Assembly (NCBI GenBank): GCA_031256875.1
Contig: JAIRPQ010000065.1
Coordinates: forward strand, 2,264-66,263
From: Eubacteriales Family XIII. Incertae Sedis bacterium
Lineage (GTDB): Bacteria; Bacillota; Clostridia; Peptostreptococcales; Anaerovoracaceae
DNA length: 64,000 nucleotides
Direction of reading: 5' to 3'
In this document: positions 1 to 9,911 of the stretch, piece by piece
How the letters are laid out: each line of letters opens with the position of its first letter
Numbering within the stretch: position 1 is the stretch's first letter
Made by a program: the position numbers and the translations under genes
Notes under the pieces: generated by a model
What the model saw: the letters and a program-made list of their open reading frames with translations, nothing else
Database searches by the model: none
What the model was told of the DNA's origin: nothing

Positions 1-1490
1 TGAACCGACGACGGGCCGGAAAACTCGAAGGGGAATTTTTTATAATAATCAAACCCTTTTACGAAATGGCCGTCAAAGGAATAATCGTCCGACCGCGGCG
101 AGTCCATCCACCCCGCCATGCCTAGCGCCGTATGGACATGGCTGAGCATGCGGCAAGTTTCCGCGGTCTCAGGCTTTTTCTCAAATTCGCGTATGGCATC
201 ACGGGCCATCTCCTCCGCTTCGCCTGTGCGCCCCAGGCTCATCAGCGTACGCATACGCATTATTCGATACATAGGAATGCCGCCAGACGCACCCTCGGGT
301 GCGCCGTCCAGCACGCCCAGGACAAATTCGGCCGTGCCATATGGAATCTGCTGGGGCAGGTCCATGCGTATGATGTCTATGACCTCTGCATACCCTCCGG
401 CCTTTGCGTAGTAAGAAATCGCGTCCTTCGTAAAATCATTCTGCCGGCACCACTCCGCGGCCATGCGCCATGTCATTGTTTTCTCGCCATCCGTGAGCAT
501 GCCCTGCTCGCCTCTGAGGAAATCAAGGAACAGATGGTGTATCCTGTACGCGTTCAGATAATGGTCGTACCTGACGAAAGAGCTGACGGATTCCAGTTCG
601 CCGCAAAGCTTGGGGCTGTCCGCAAGCGAACGCACCAAGGCGGCCGGAAGATGTTCGATGAGCGACAGCCTGACCAGAAATCGCCGAAGCCCTTCCGACG
701 CGGACGAAAAAATCTCCGAGTCAATCAGCTTGAACACGTTGCGCCTCATGGCGGCGCGGGCGTATTTTTCGTTCCCGCCGGATTTCATGAGCGACAGGCT
801 GACGAGATTTACGGAAAGCGCCCAGCCCTTCGTATCCTCGTAGATGTCCGCGACGCTCGCTGCGGGAAGGGATATCCCAAGGTGATAGAAGAACGCTTCC
901 AGTTCCCTTTTCGTGAAGCGCAGATCGTCTTCCGTGATAAAAGCTACATTATATTTCATGATGAGCGGCATGATGTCCAGCGGCGGCTCGGTGCGCGAGA
1001 TGACTAAGGCCGTGGCGCCGCTTTCCAGCGACAGAAGCATCTGCTCGATAAAGCCCCGCACATCCTTGTCCGTCAGCAGATGGCAGTCGTCGAACACGAA
1101 CACGTTTTTCTTGCCCTGCGGCAGTTCTGCCCTTATCAGCCCGCAGTATTTTCCTATCTGCGATCTGTCGGGAAAGCCCATGACCGCGAGCCGAGCGCCC
1201 AGGCGCTTCATTCTGCGGCCAAGCGAGCCGCAGAAATTCTCCCAGAAGGAGGGCTTCTCGTTGTCGCTCTCCGAGAGCTGTATCCACGCGGCTTCGATGC
1301 GGCGCTCACGCATGTATGAGTGTACCGCCCGCGTTTTCCCGTATCCCGCGCCCGCCGTGACCACCACGAGGGCGTTTTTCATCGCCGCGTCCAGCATAGC
1401 GCTGACGCGGCTTCGCTCCAATAGCGCGTGGTTTCCATGCGGCATCAGTCTGCCGGAATGCCCGCCGCCGTCTGTTTTTTCTCTCGCCAT
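1..1490 (-). CDS. MalT-like STAND ATPase / LuxR-family transcription regulator, N-terminal ~496 codons (C-terminus lies beyond the left edge)
   Basis: Absent from the ORF track because there is no stop in the window. Manual reverse-strand translation from ATG 1490 (AGGTG RBS upstream) stays open to nt 1: MAREKTDGGGHSGRLMPHGNHALLERSRVSAMLDAAMKNALVVVTAGAGYGKTRAV... It has Walker A GAGYGKT, a Walker-B-like VFVFDDCH and then a helical repeat region. The + strand ORFs 132..1007 and 913..1605 are its shadows. Confidence 0.75.
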   Translation of the reverse strand, partial: MAREKTDGGGHSGRLMPHGNHALLERSRVSAMLDAAMKNALVVVTAGAGYGKTRAVHSYMRERRIEAAWIQLSESDNEKPSFWENFCGSLGRRMKRLGARLAVMGFPDRSQIGKYCGLIRAELPQGKKNVFVFDDCHLLTDKDVRGFIEQMLLSLESGATALVISRTEPPLDIMPLIMKYNVAFITEDDLRFTKRELEAFFYHLGISLPAASVADIYEDTKGWALSVNLVSLSLMKSGGNEKYARAAMRRNVFKLIDSEIFSSASEGLRRFLVRLSLIEHLPAALVRSLADSPKLCGELESVSSFVRYDHYLNAYRIHHLFLDFLRGEQGMLTDGEKTMTWRMAAEWCRQNDFTKDAISYYAKAGGYAEVIDIIRMDLPQQIPYGTAEFVLGVLDGAPEGASGGIPMYRIMRMRTLMSLGRTGEAEEMARDAIREFEKKPETAETCRMLSHVHTALGMAGWMDSPRSDDYSFDGHFVKGFDYYKKFPFEFSGPSSV

Positions 1491-1760
1491 AATACACCTG
1501 CCTTACGCCTTGCCTGTCTACGAGAGCCATACGCCGAGGATAGCGTATTGCGCTTCATGTTTTTTTCTATTCACTTTGCCATTGAAATGCATGGAACGAA
1601 TCTGAACGCGGCCGAGACCGATGAGCGCGATGCTTCACCGCCCTGGCTTTCACCTCCCAAGGACAAGCCGCGGATTTGAGAAAATGCGCGTACCCGCTTG
1701 CCTAAATCAATAATATCATGTTAGTATTAAATAAACAACTACTTATAGGACTGAGGGGCA

Positions 1761-4490
1761 TTGAAACTTTATATGAAAAAATTGACTGACAGGTTCAGGG
1801 ATATTATTCACAGGAAAATTCTGGCCTACGACTTGTCCATTGAAGCCAAGCACATCAACTTGGCATTCGTTGCCGGAGTATTTTCAACAGCCGCATCGCT
1901 GATATTTCTCTTATTCCTGAGAACGCCCAACCTCGCGTCCATCGCGGTGGTAATGGGCATACTGTCCGGCTCGCTCATACTGATGGGCATAGCCAACCGC
2001 TTCCGCATATTCAATACTGCCGCGCTGCTCACGCTCATCCTCGTGTGCGACATACTGTTCCCGCTGACCTTCTTTTCCTTCGGGGGCGTGAACAGCGGAG
2101 TGCCCGCGTATTTCATACTGTCCATCGCGCTGATATTCCTGCTGATGAACGGGGTGCGCCGCGTGGTCATGCTGGCCGTGGACATCGCCATCATCATCAG
2201 TTGTTACACCATCGGCATCATGCATCCCGAGTGGGTGCGCCCGCTGTGGGGACACGACCAGGTAATCGACCATATACAGGCAATTATTGTTTCCGGATTT
2301 TGCATCGGCTTCATCGTTTATTTCCAGTCGGCGATAAACCGCGCGGAACGCGAGAAACAAAACGACGCGCAGAAGCAGATACTGTACCGCGAACAGCTGC
2401 TGATGGCGGTGAACAGGTCGGCCGAGATGCTCATATCCGAAGACTTTGCGAATCCGCGCGAGTCTGTTCTCGCGAGCATGGAGATGCTCTGCCAGCACAT
2501 GGAAATCGACCGCGTGAATATCTGGAAGAATATCGAGCGGGACGGAGAGCTTTGGTACCGCCGCGACATCGGGTGGGAGCGAGCCTCCGTGAACGGCGCG
2601 GTACAGGCGGGTGTAAGCTACCCGTATGTACGCAGCGTTCCGGCCTGGCGAAAGGCTCTGTCCGGCGGCGAGGTCGTCACGGGCATTGTTTCGGAACTGA
2701 GCGAGGACGAGCAGAACACGCTGGTCCCCTTCGGCGTCAAATCCATTCTTGTTACGCCCGTCCATATCAGGAACGAATTTTGGGGCTTCGTCAGCTACGA
2801 TGACTGCACGAGCGCGACGGAGTTCAAGCAGGAAGAAATCGACATACTCAAATCCAGCAGCTACCTGATGGCGAACGCCATAATACGCGGCGACATGATG
2901 AACGACCTTCGCAACGCGCACGACCAGGCGCTTCGCGGCACGAAGGCAAAAAGCGATTTTCTCGCTAATATGAGCCATGAAATAAGGACACCGCTCAACG
3001 CAGTGATGGGCATGGCAAGCATCGGAAAAAACGCGAGCGATCCGGAGCGGAAGGACTATTGCTTCGGAAAAATCAACGATGCGTCCTCACATCTGCTCGG
3101 GGTCATCAACGACATCCTCGATATGTCGAAAATCGAAGCGGACAAGCTGGAGCTGTCCCCCATCGCTTTTGATTTTGAAAAGATGCTGCGGCACGTCGTC
3201 GATGTGTCCACCTACCGCATCGACGAGAAGAAGCTGCATTTCATGGTCTATATAGACGGCAACATACCGCAGATGCTCATCGGAGACGACCAGCGAATCG
3301 CGCAAGTCATAACGAATCTGCTGTCCAACGCGGTCAAGTTCACGCCGGAAGGCGGGTCAATCAGCCTCAGCGCGTACATGCTCGCGCAGGAGGGGCGGCG
3401 GTGTACCGTGACGGTGGACGTGAAGGACACAGGCATCGGCATCAGCGCGGAACAGCAGCAGCACCTGTTCACGTCGTTCCAGCAGGCGGACAACAGCATA
3501 TCGCGCAATTTCGGTGGCACCGGCCTGGGGCTCGCCATCAGCAAGAGAATCGTAGAGCTGATGGACGGGGAGATATCCGTTGAATCGGAGCTGGGCAAGG
3601 GCTCGACTTTCTCGTTCACGGCCACGCTCGACAGCGTGACTACGATACCGCGCAGCAGGCGTCTGAAGGACATGGGCTTCCGTGACATTCGCGTTCTGTT
3701 CGTGGACGACGACAGCGACATCAGGGAATATTTCATCGACATCGCGGATCGCCTTGGAATATCCTGCGACACTGCGGACAGTGCGGAGCGCGCGAAGGAG
3801 CTAATCCAGCGGAACCCGCCTTACGACATGTATTTTGTGGACTGGAAAATGCCGGGCGCGGACGGGATAGACCTGTCCAAATGGATACGCGACAAAAACG
3901 GAAGTCGTGCCATCATCATTATGACATCCGCGTTCGAGCTTAGCGACGTTAGCGAAAAGGCGAAAGCCGCGGGCGTGGACAGCTTCCTCGCCAAGCCGCT
4001 GTTCCCGTCGGATATCGTGGATATAATCAACGACAGCATCGGTTTGGAGAAGCCGCAGACGGGCGGCGGGGACTCGGCGGAACAGCGTCGAGACGATTTT
4101 TCGGGGTTCAGGATTCTGGTAGTAGAGGACGTGGAAATCAACCGCGAGATAGTGACGTCGCTGCTCGAAGACACGCATGTCGCGATAGACTCCGCGGAAA
4201 ACGGGGCGGTCGCCCTCAAGATGTACAAGGACAACCCTGACCTGTACGACCTCATGCTGATGGATCTGCAGATGCCCGTGATGGACGGCTACACCGCTAC
4301 GAGGGAAATCCGCAAGTCAGGGCTGCCGCATTCGAAGGACATTCCTATCATCGCGATGACGGCAAACGTTTTCCGCGAGGATATCGAAGAAAGCCGGTCG
4401 GCTGGGATGAACAAGCACATCGGGAAGCCGCTTGACGAGGAAGATCTTCTCGCCGTCCTGCGGAGATATCTGACGAAAGAAAAATCCTAG
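1761..4490 (+). CDS. Hybrid sensor histidine kinase/response regulator (multi-TM N-terminus, GAF-like domain, HisKA+HATPase, two receiver domains)
   Basis: 909-aa ORF with H-box SHEIRTPLN and G-box GTGLGLAISK. Two REC segments are present (VLFVDDD...DWKMPGADG and ILVVEDV...DLQMPVMDG). The first ~190 aa contain several hydrophobic helices. The start could be TTG 1761 or ATG 1773. Confidence 0.9.
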   Translation: MKLYMKKLTDRFRDIIHRKILAYDLSIEAKHINLAFVAGVFSTAASLIFLLFLRTPNLASIAVVMGILSGSLILMGIANRFRIFNTAALLTLILVCDILFPLTFFSFGGVNSGVPAYFILSIALIFLLMNGVRRVVMLAVDIAIIISCYTIGIMHPEWVRPLWGHDQVIDHIQAIIVSGFCIGFIVYFQSAINRAEREKQNDAQKQILYREQLLMAVNRSAEMLISEDFANPRESVLASMEMLCQHMEIDRVNIWKNIERDGELWYRRDIGWERASVNGAVQAGVSYPYVRSVPAWRKALSGGEVVTGIVSELSEDEQNTLVPFGVKSILVTPVHIRNEFWGFVSYDDCTSATEFKQEEIDILKSSSYLMANAIIRGDMMNDLRNAHDQALRGTKAKSDFLANMSHEIRTPLNAVMGMASIGKNASDPERKDYCFGKINDASSHLLGVINDILDMSKIEADKLELSPIAFDFEKMLRHVVDVSTYRIDEKKLHFMVYIDGNIPQMLIGDDQRIAQVITNLLSNAVKFTPEGGSISLSAYMLAQEGRRCTVTVDVKDTGIGISAEQQQHLFTSFQQADNSISRNFGGTGLGLAISKRIVELMDGEISVESELGKGSTFSFTATLDSVTTIPRSRRLKDMGFRDIRVLFVDDDSDIREYFIDIADRLGISCDTADSAERAKELIQRNPPYDMYFVDWKMPGADGIDLSKWIRDKNGSRAIIIMTSAFELSDVSEKAKAAGVDSFLAKPLFPSDIVDIINDSIGLEKPQTGGGDSAEQRRDDFSGFRILVVEDVEINREIVTSLLEDTHVAIDSAENGAVALKMYKDNPDLYDLMLMDLQMPVMDGYTATREIRKSGLPHSKDIPIIAMTANVFREDIEESRSAGMNKHIGKPLDEEDLLAVLRRYLTKEKS

Positions 4491-4523
4491 CGCGGTGGGG
4501 TGTGATTGCGGCGGCGCTTGCGG

Positions 4524-6029
4524 CTACTTGGCCGAAAGCCTCCACGCGATATCGCCGATGAACAGCTGCTGTTTCAGCCCGCTTATCGTCGTGTCTTCTC
4601 CGATATGCACGTATTCCACGCCCATTATTTCGGCCCAGTCTTCTATATGCTGCGCCGTCAGCGAATAGCTCAGCACCGAATGGTGGGCGCCGCCCGCCAG
4701 TATCCACGCGGCCGTGCCTGTGCGGAAGTCGGGTCTGCCGCGCCAGAACACGCGGGCCACAGGCAGGTTCGGCATCGTGAGATACGGCTCTATCGCGTCC
4801 ACGTCATGACAAATCAACCTGAAACGCCCGCCCATGTCTACCAGAGTCACGAGCACGGCCGGACCTACCGCCCCATCGAACACAAGCCTGGCGGGTGGTT
4901 CCTTCCCACCGATGCCGAGCGGATAGACACGTATCTCGGGCTTCGCGTCCGGCTTCGCCACCGCGGGGCTCACCTCGAGCATATGTGCGCCGAGCGACGC
5001 TTCCTCGCCCGCGTTCAGGTCGTAGGTATAGTCCTCGATGAAGCTCGTGCCGCCGGAAAGCCCCTCGCCCATCTTCATGAAGATGGCCATGAGCGCGGAC
5101 GTTTTCCAATCGCCCTCACCCGCATAGCCATACCCTTCGCTCATGAGGTTTTGCGTCGCAAGCCCCGGCAACTGTCTCATATTCCAGAGATCCTCGAAGG
5201 TGTTCGAAAAGGCACGGCTGCCGGCATCGTCAAGTATCCGGCGTATCGCTATCTCCTCGCGAGCCTGATAGCGCACGGTGTCCAAATCGTCTGTCGCAAA
5301 CTTGTATCTTTCCCTGTATACCGCCATCTGCGCGTCCACTTCGGACTCCTTAAGAGAGTCAATCCGAGCGGCGAGCTCGCCCACCGCCCATGTGTTGACC
5401 TCCCAGCCGAACTGTATCTGCGCCTCTATCTTGTCCCCCTCCGTTACCGCCACTTGCCGCATATTATCGCCAAACCTGACGACCTTTAAAGACCGCGAGA
5501 ACGCCGCGCCCACCGCCGCGCGCATCCATGTTTCCATGTCGCCGGATACCGCGTCGTCCTTCCAGTATCCGACTGCCACCTTGCGGCGAATCCCCATGCG
5601 CGCAGCTATAAAACCATGCTCCCTGTCGCCGTGTGCGCTCTGGTGCAGATTCATATAGTCCATGTCGATCCCGTCATTCGGAATGCATCTCTCGTACTGC
5701 GTGTGCAGATGGAGATAGGGCTTCGCGAGCGTGGACAGTCCGGAAATCCACATCTTCGAAGGCGAGAACGTGTGCATCCACACGACCACGCCCTTGCAGC
5801 TGTCGTCCGCGTTCGCGTCCTTCATCGTGCGCGTTATTTCCTCTGGCGAACGCATCACACCCTTGAACACGAGCGGCCACGGCAGCCTGGCAGTCAGCCC
5901 CTCCGCCATCTCACGCGCGTGCGCGCCTACCCGCCGAACCACTTCCTCGCCGTACAGATCCTGCGACCCCGCCAAAAACCAAAACTCATTCCGCGTGCGG
6001 CCCATGCCTGACGCATTCTCCTGTGTCAT
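4524..6029 (-). CDS. araA: L-arabinose isomerase
   Basis: 501 aa. The N-terminal FWFLAGSQDLYGEE and the overall length are typical of AraA. It is the last gene of the AraR-linked sugar operon, and its ATG overlaps the stop of the upstream permease (ATGA). Confidence 0.9.
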   Translation of the reverse strand: MTQENASGMGRTRNEFWFLAGSQDLYGEEVVRRVGAHAREMAEGLTARLPWPLVFKGVMRSPEEITRTMKDANADDSCKGVVVWMHTFSPSKMWISGLSTLAKPYLHLHTQYERCIPNDGIDMDYMNLHQSAHGDREHGFIAARMGIRRKVAVGYWKDDAVSGDMETWMRAAVGAAFSRSLKVVRFGDNMRQVAVTEGDKIEAQIQFGWEVNTWAVGELAARIDSLKESEVDAQMAVYRERYKFATDDLDTVRYQAREEIAIRRILDDAGSRAFSNTFEDLWNMRQLPGLATQNLMSEGYGYAGEGDWKTSALMAIFMKMGEGLSGGTSFIEDYTYDLNAGEEASLGAHMLEVSPAVAKPDAKPEIRVYPLGIGGKEPPARLVFDGAVGPAVLVTLVDMGGRFRLICHDVDAIEPYLTMPNLPVARVFWRGRPDFRTGTAAWILAGGAHHSVLSYSLTAQHIEDWAEIMGVEYVHIGEDTTISGLKQQLFIGDIAWRLSAK

Positions 6030-7183
6030 GAAGGATTTCCCCCTTTGCCATTATTGTTATTATTTTCCATCTGGTTCGCGGCATCCATCTGGTTCGCGCC
6101 ATCCGCTCCGCCCGTGAACAGCGACATCGATTTCAGCCATGGCGGGCGTATGATTCTGAACCCGCCGCCCTTGTCACGCAGCCATATAATTACGCTTTGC
6201 AGCACGATAAAGAAGCACAGCAGAAAACCGCTGATGATGGTCTGGATGTTCGAATCGATTCCGACGGCCCTGATGGTCTCGTTGATGGTCAGCAGCGTGA
6301 GCGCGCCGATCGGCGAGCCGAGTATGTTACCGACGCCGCCGGTCAGCAGCGTGCCTCCGATAATGGAAGCGGCGATGGCTTTCATCTCAAACCCGCTGGC
6401 GTTGCCGATGTTTCCCGCGCCTGTCGTCAGGATGAAAGCCAGCCCCGCGATGCCGGACAGCAGCCCGCACAGCACGTAGGAGAAGAACTTGGTCCTTCGC
6501 ACACCAACGCCGAGCATCATGGCACTCTGGGAATTGCCGCCGACGGCGTAGAGATTGCGCCCGAATTTCGACCATTTCATCAGGACCGCAACGGCGATGA
6601 TGACGCAGATGACTATGACCGTGCTGATGCTTATTTTACAGGGAATGAACATGCCGTGCCTGTTGATAGTGCCGAGCCATTCTATGCGGAACCTCGTTTC
6701 GAAAAGGGCGACGAAACCAGGATGCTGCACGTTGATGGGCGTCGTATTGACCATGGTCATGACCCCGTTGGCTAGGAACATGCCCGCTAGCGTGATGATG
6801 AACGGCTGTATCTGGAGATAGGCGATAAGGAAGCCCTGCAGCACCCCGAACGCGATACCGATGGCGAGCGCCAGCGCGATAGAGCCTGCCACGCTCGCGC
6901 CGGCAGACTGCAGATAGACCGCACACGACATGGTGACGAGCCCGCACACCCCGCCGACGGATATGTCGATGCCGCCGCCTATCATGACTATGCTCATGCC
7001 GCAGGCGAGAATAATAAGGGCGGCATTGTTGTTGAACAGGTCGAAGAAGGTCTGCGGCTGCGAAAAGCTCGCCGGATAAAGCCCGATGGCCACCATGTAC
7101 ATCACTAGCAGTATGCCGGCCGCTATGATGAACAGCAGATTCGAATTTGATATCGGCACTCTGTTTTGTTTCAGGCTATGCAT
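6026..7183 (-). CDS. Sugar ABC transporter permease (YjfF-like, second permease)
   Basis: Polytopic membrane ORF of the ribose/galactofuranose permease type. I place the start at ATG 7183, preceded by GGAGGG and immediately after the upstream stop at 7185, not at 7210. The C-terminal tail GGADGANQMDAANQMENNNNNGKGGNPS is low complexity. Confidence 0.85.
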   Translation of the reverse strand: MHSLKQNRVPISNSNLLFIIAAGILLVMYMVAIGLYPASFSQPQTFFDLFNNNAALIILACGMSIVMIGGGIDISVGGVCGLVTMSCAVYLQSAGASVAGSIALALAIGIAFGVLQGFLIAYLQIQPFIITLAGMFLANGVMTMVNTTPINVQHPGFVALFETRFRIEWLGTINRHGMFIPCKISISTVIVICVIIAVAVLMKWSKFGRNLYAVGGNSQSAMMLGVGVRRTKFFSYVLCGLLSGIAGLAFILTTGAGNIGNASGFEMKAIAASIIGGTLLTGGVGNILGSPIGALTLLTINETIRAVGIDSNIQTIISGFLLCFFIVLQSVIIWLRDKGGGFRIIRPPWLKSMSLFTGGADGANQMDAANQMENNNNNGKGGNPS

Positions 7184-7184
7184 G

Positions 7185-8240
7185 TTATTGTCCCTCCATA
7201 TTCGGGCCACAAGTCCGCTCGGGTGCCTGAATAAATTTTCGGGAGACGCGCTCCTTCAATTTATTGAATTGGTTCACGACAACCGGCGAACTCGCGGCCA
7301 TGAGGAAGATTATGAAGATGGCTTTTACAGCCTTGATTGCGTCGGGGCTGACTCCGTACCGCAGCAGAGTCCTGTTGAGTATCTCTATCGTGAAAGCGCC
7401 GATGATAGCGCCCGCCATGTTGAATTTGCCGCCGCTCAGCGCGTTGCCGCCGATGGCCACGGCGAGGATGGCGTCCATCTCGATCAGCTTCAGCAGGTTC
7501 ACGCTGTCATGTCGCCCGTTCTTGCAGACGCTGATGAACCCCGCGATGGCGCAGCATATGCCAAGGATTACAAAGGCGAGTATCTTTATCTTCACAGGGT
7601 CTATGCCGTTCAGCTTCGCGGCCTTCTCGTTGATGCCCACGCTCTGCGTGTAGAGTTTCAGGTTCGTAAATTTGAACACGAGGGCGACGATGCAGATAAC
7701 CAGGGCGGTAAGAATAATCGGCGTCTGTATCGGTACGCCCGGGATGACCCCGCCCAGCTGCGCCGTTATCGGGTTCCTGAGGTTCGGCGAAACCTTGCCG
7801 TCTATGAGGAAGGCGATGGATCTGCCTGCCGTGAACAGAATCAGCGTCGCGACCATTGGCTGTATGCGGAAGACCGCGACCAGCGTGCCGTTGAACAGCC
7901 CCAGCAACGCGCCGACCGCGCAGCAGGCCAAAAACGATACGAACACGCCGAGTACAGACTGGTTCCCGATGTTCGCGAGGACCTGGATGAACGCCGCCGA
8001 CGCTATGGTAGCCGACATGCCCACGCTGATGTCCTGCCCGCCCGACGCGGAGGTGACCAGCGTCATGCCGATGGATATGATGACCAGCTCCGACGCCCCG
8101 AAAAGTATGTTCGGGATATTCCCGTACAGCGCCCCGTTCACGATGTCCACGCTGAAATAATCGAGGCCCTTCACCATGTTGACGACGATCAGCATCGCCA
8201 ACACGACGAGCGGTATCAATACTTGTCTGCGTTCAAGCAT
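7185..8240 (-). CDS. Sugar ABC transporter permease (YtfT-like, first permease)
   Basis: 351-aa polytopic ORF. It overlaps the ATPase stop by 8 nt. Two distinct permeases are typical of YtfQRT-YjfF-type furanose transporters. Confidence 0.85.
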   Translation of the reverse strand: MLERRQVLIPLVVLAMLIVVNMVKGLDYFSVDIVNGALYGNIPNILFGASELVIISIGMTLVTSASGGQDISVGMSATIASAAFIQVLANIGNQSVLGVFVSFLACCAVGALLGLFNGTLVAVFRIQPMVATLILFTAGRSIAFLIDGKVSPNLRNPITAQLGGVIPGVPIQTPIILTALVICIVALVFKFTNLKLYTQSVGINEKAAKLNGIDPVKIKILAFVILGICCAIAGFISVCKNGRHDSVNLLKLIEMDAILAVAIGGNALSGGKFNMAGAIIGAFTIEILNRTLLRYGVSPDAIKAVKAIFIIFLMAASSPVVVNQFNKLKERVSRKFIQAPERTCGPNMEGQ

Positions 8241-9744
8241 CAGCGCTCACTCCTTTCGCTATCGTCTGCATCACATGGTTCTGCGTCAATTCGTCGCCCC
8301 TAAGCTCTCCCACAATGCGGCGATCCTTCATTACGATAAGCCGCGAGCACGTCCTGAGCATTTCCTCCACCTCGGACGAGATGAACGTGACGCTCATGCC
8401 CTCCGATGCCAGCTTCAGCACCAGCTTCTGTATCTCGACCTTCGTTCCGATGTCGATACCTCTCGTCGGCTCGTCCAGTATCAAATAATCGGGATGGGTG
8501 AGCAGCCAGCGCGCCAGAATGACCTTCTGCTGGTTGCCGCCCGACAGAGATTTGATCGGGGTGTTTGACGACGCCGTCTTGATGTTCAGCGCCCCAATGT
8601 ACTCCTCCGCGAAAGCCTGCGCTTCGGCATTTGAGAAGGGCCTGAAAAATCCTTTCATTACTTGCAATGCCAATATTATATTATCGCGGACGGACAAATC
8701 GGCTATGATGCCGTCCGCCTTGCGGTCCTCGGGCAAATACCCTATCCCGCTTTTCATCGCCTTGATAGGCTTGTCTATCCGCAGTTTCTTTCCTTTTATT
8801 TTCACCGTGCCGCCCGTCACTCTGTCGGCCGCGAATATCGCGCGAATGCTCTCGCTTCTCCCCGAACCGAGCAGACCCGTGAACCCGTTCACTTCACCTT
8901 TTCTGATATGAAAGTCGAACGGCCTTACCCCCGCGTCGCTCGAAAGCCCCCTTGCTTCATAAATGTATTCGCCCGTTTCCTCCCGCGCCACCTGCATGTC
9001 CTTGATTTTGTCGATATCGTCCAAATCCTTGCCCATCATTTTGGAAACCAGCTCCAGCTGCGGCATCTCGCTCGCCACATATTCGCCCACGAGTTCGCCG
9101 CCCCTCAGCACGGTGATTCTGTCGCTCACCTCATATACCTGATCGATGAAATGCGTGACGAATATTATTCCGACGCCGCGCCCCTTTAGGTCGTTCATGA
9201 GCGCAAAGAGCTTCCTCACCTCGCCCTCGTCGAGCGAAGATGTCGGCTCGTCCAGAATCAGGATGCTGCTTTCCATGTCCATGGCTCTGGCAATGGCAAT
9301 CATCTGCTGCACCGCCAGCGAGCATGACGAAAGCTGCTGCCGCGGCACCGCCGGTATGCCCAGAGAATCCAGGATGTCATGCGCCCTTTTGTTCATGTCG
9401 CCCCATTTCACGAAGGGGTCCCTCGCGCGCCCTATGAAAAGGTTTTCCGCCACCGTGATATTCGGGCAGAGCGTGATCTCCTGGTATACCGTGCCCACGC
9501 CGCCGGCCTGAGCTTCCTGCGGCGACTTGAAATTGACGGTTTTCCCACCGACGCTGACCTGGCCCGCGTCCTTTTCGTAAACTCCGGTCAAGACTTTTAT
9601 CAATGTGGATTTGCCGGCGCCGTTTTCGCCCATCAGGGCATGCACCTCTCCCGCGCGGAGCGTGAAATCAACATTGTTTAATGCGAGTACCCCGGGGAAC
9701 GACTTGCTTATTCCCTTCATTTCCAGTGCGATACCGTCTTGCAT
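8233..9744 (-). CDS. Sugar ABC transporter ATP-binding protein, duplicated ATPase (YtfR/RbsA/MglA type)
   Basis: 503 aa with two nucleotide-binding halves: Walker A GENGAGKST and GLLGSGRSE, and signature LSGGNQQKV. Confidence 0.92.
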   Translation of the reverse strand: MQDGIALEMKGISKSFPGVLALNNVDFTLRAGEVHALMGENGAGKSTLIKVLTGVYEKDAGQVSVGGKTVNFKSPQEAQAGGVGTVYQEITLCPNITVAENLFIGRARDPFVKWGDMNKRAHDILDSLGIPAVPRQQLSSCSLAVQQMIAIARAMDMESSILILDEPTSSLDEGEVRKLFALMNDLKGRGVGIIFVTHFIDQVYEVSDRITVLRGGELVGEYVASEMPQLELVSKMMGKDLDDIDKIKDMQVAREETGEYIYEARGLSSDAGVRPFDFHIRKGEVNGFTGLLGSGRSESIRAIFAADRVTGGTVKIKGKKLRIDKPIKAMKSGIGYLPEDRKADGIIADLSVRDNIILALQVMKGFFRPFSNAEAQAFAEEYIGALNIKTASSNTPIKSLSGGNQQKVILARWLLTHPDYLILDEPTRGIDIGTKVEIQKLVLKLASEGMSVTFISSEVEEMLRTCSRLIVMKDRRIVGELRGDELTQNHVMQTIAKGVSADA

Positions 9745-9854
9745 CGGGCCGTTGCCTCACTTTCCGGTAAGCCGTTAAGACTCTCGAATTTGCCGTATTG
9801 CCGTATTGATGAATCCTATTAATGGTTAATGGATTCGATTAATGAATCCGCATC

Positions 9855-9889
9855 CCGCGCGGCCGCATGGAATACACGCAGCCGCGCGG
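9855..9889 (-). terminator. Intercistronic GC stem-loop between the binding-protein and ATPase genes
   Basis: CCGCGCGGC-N17-GCCGCGCGG. AT-rich GAATCC/GGATTC hairpins (9811-9849) and a TGCCGTATTG tandem repeat (9791-9808) are adjacent. This is the usual position for differential-expression attenuators in ABC operons. Confidence 0.5.
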
Positions 9890-9911
9890 CACGAATCAAT
9901 AACTGTTATTG

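Noticed and set aside
132-1605. + strand ORFs 132..1007 and 913..1605
   Set aside because: The opposite strand encodes a continuous MalT-like protein with a Walker A motif and a proper RBS. The + strand ORFs have no recognisable features.
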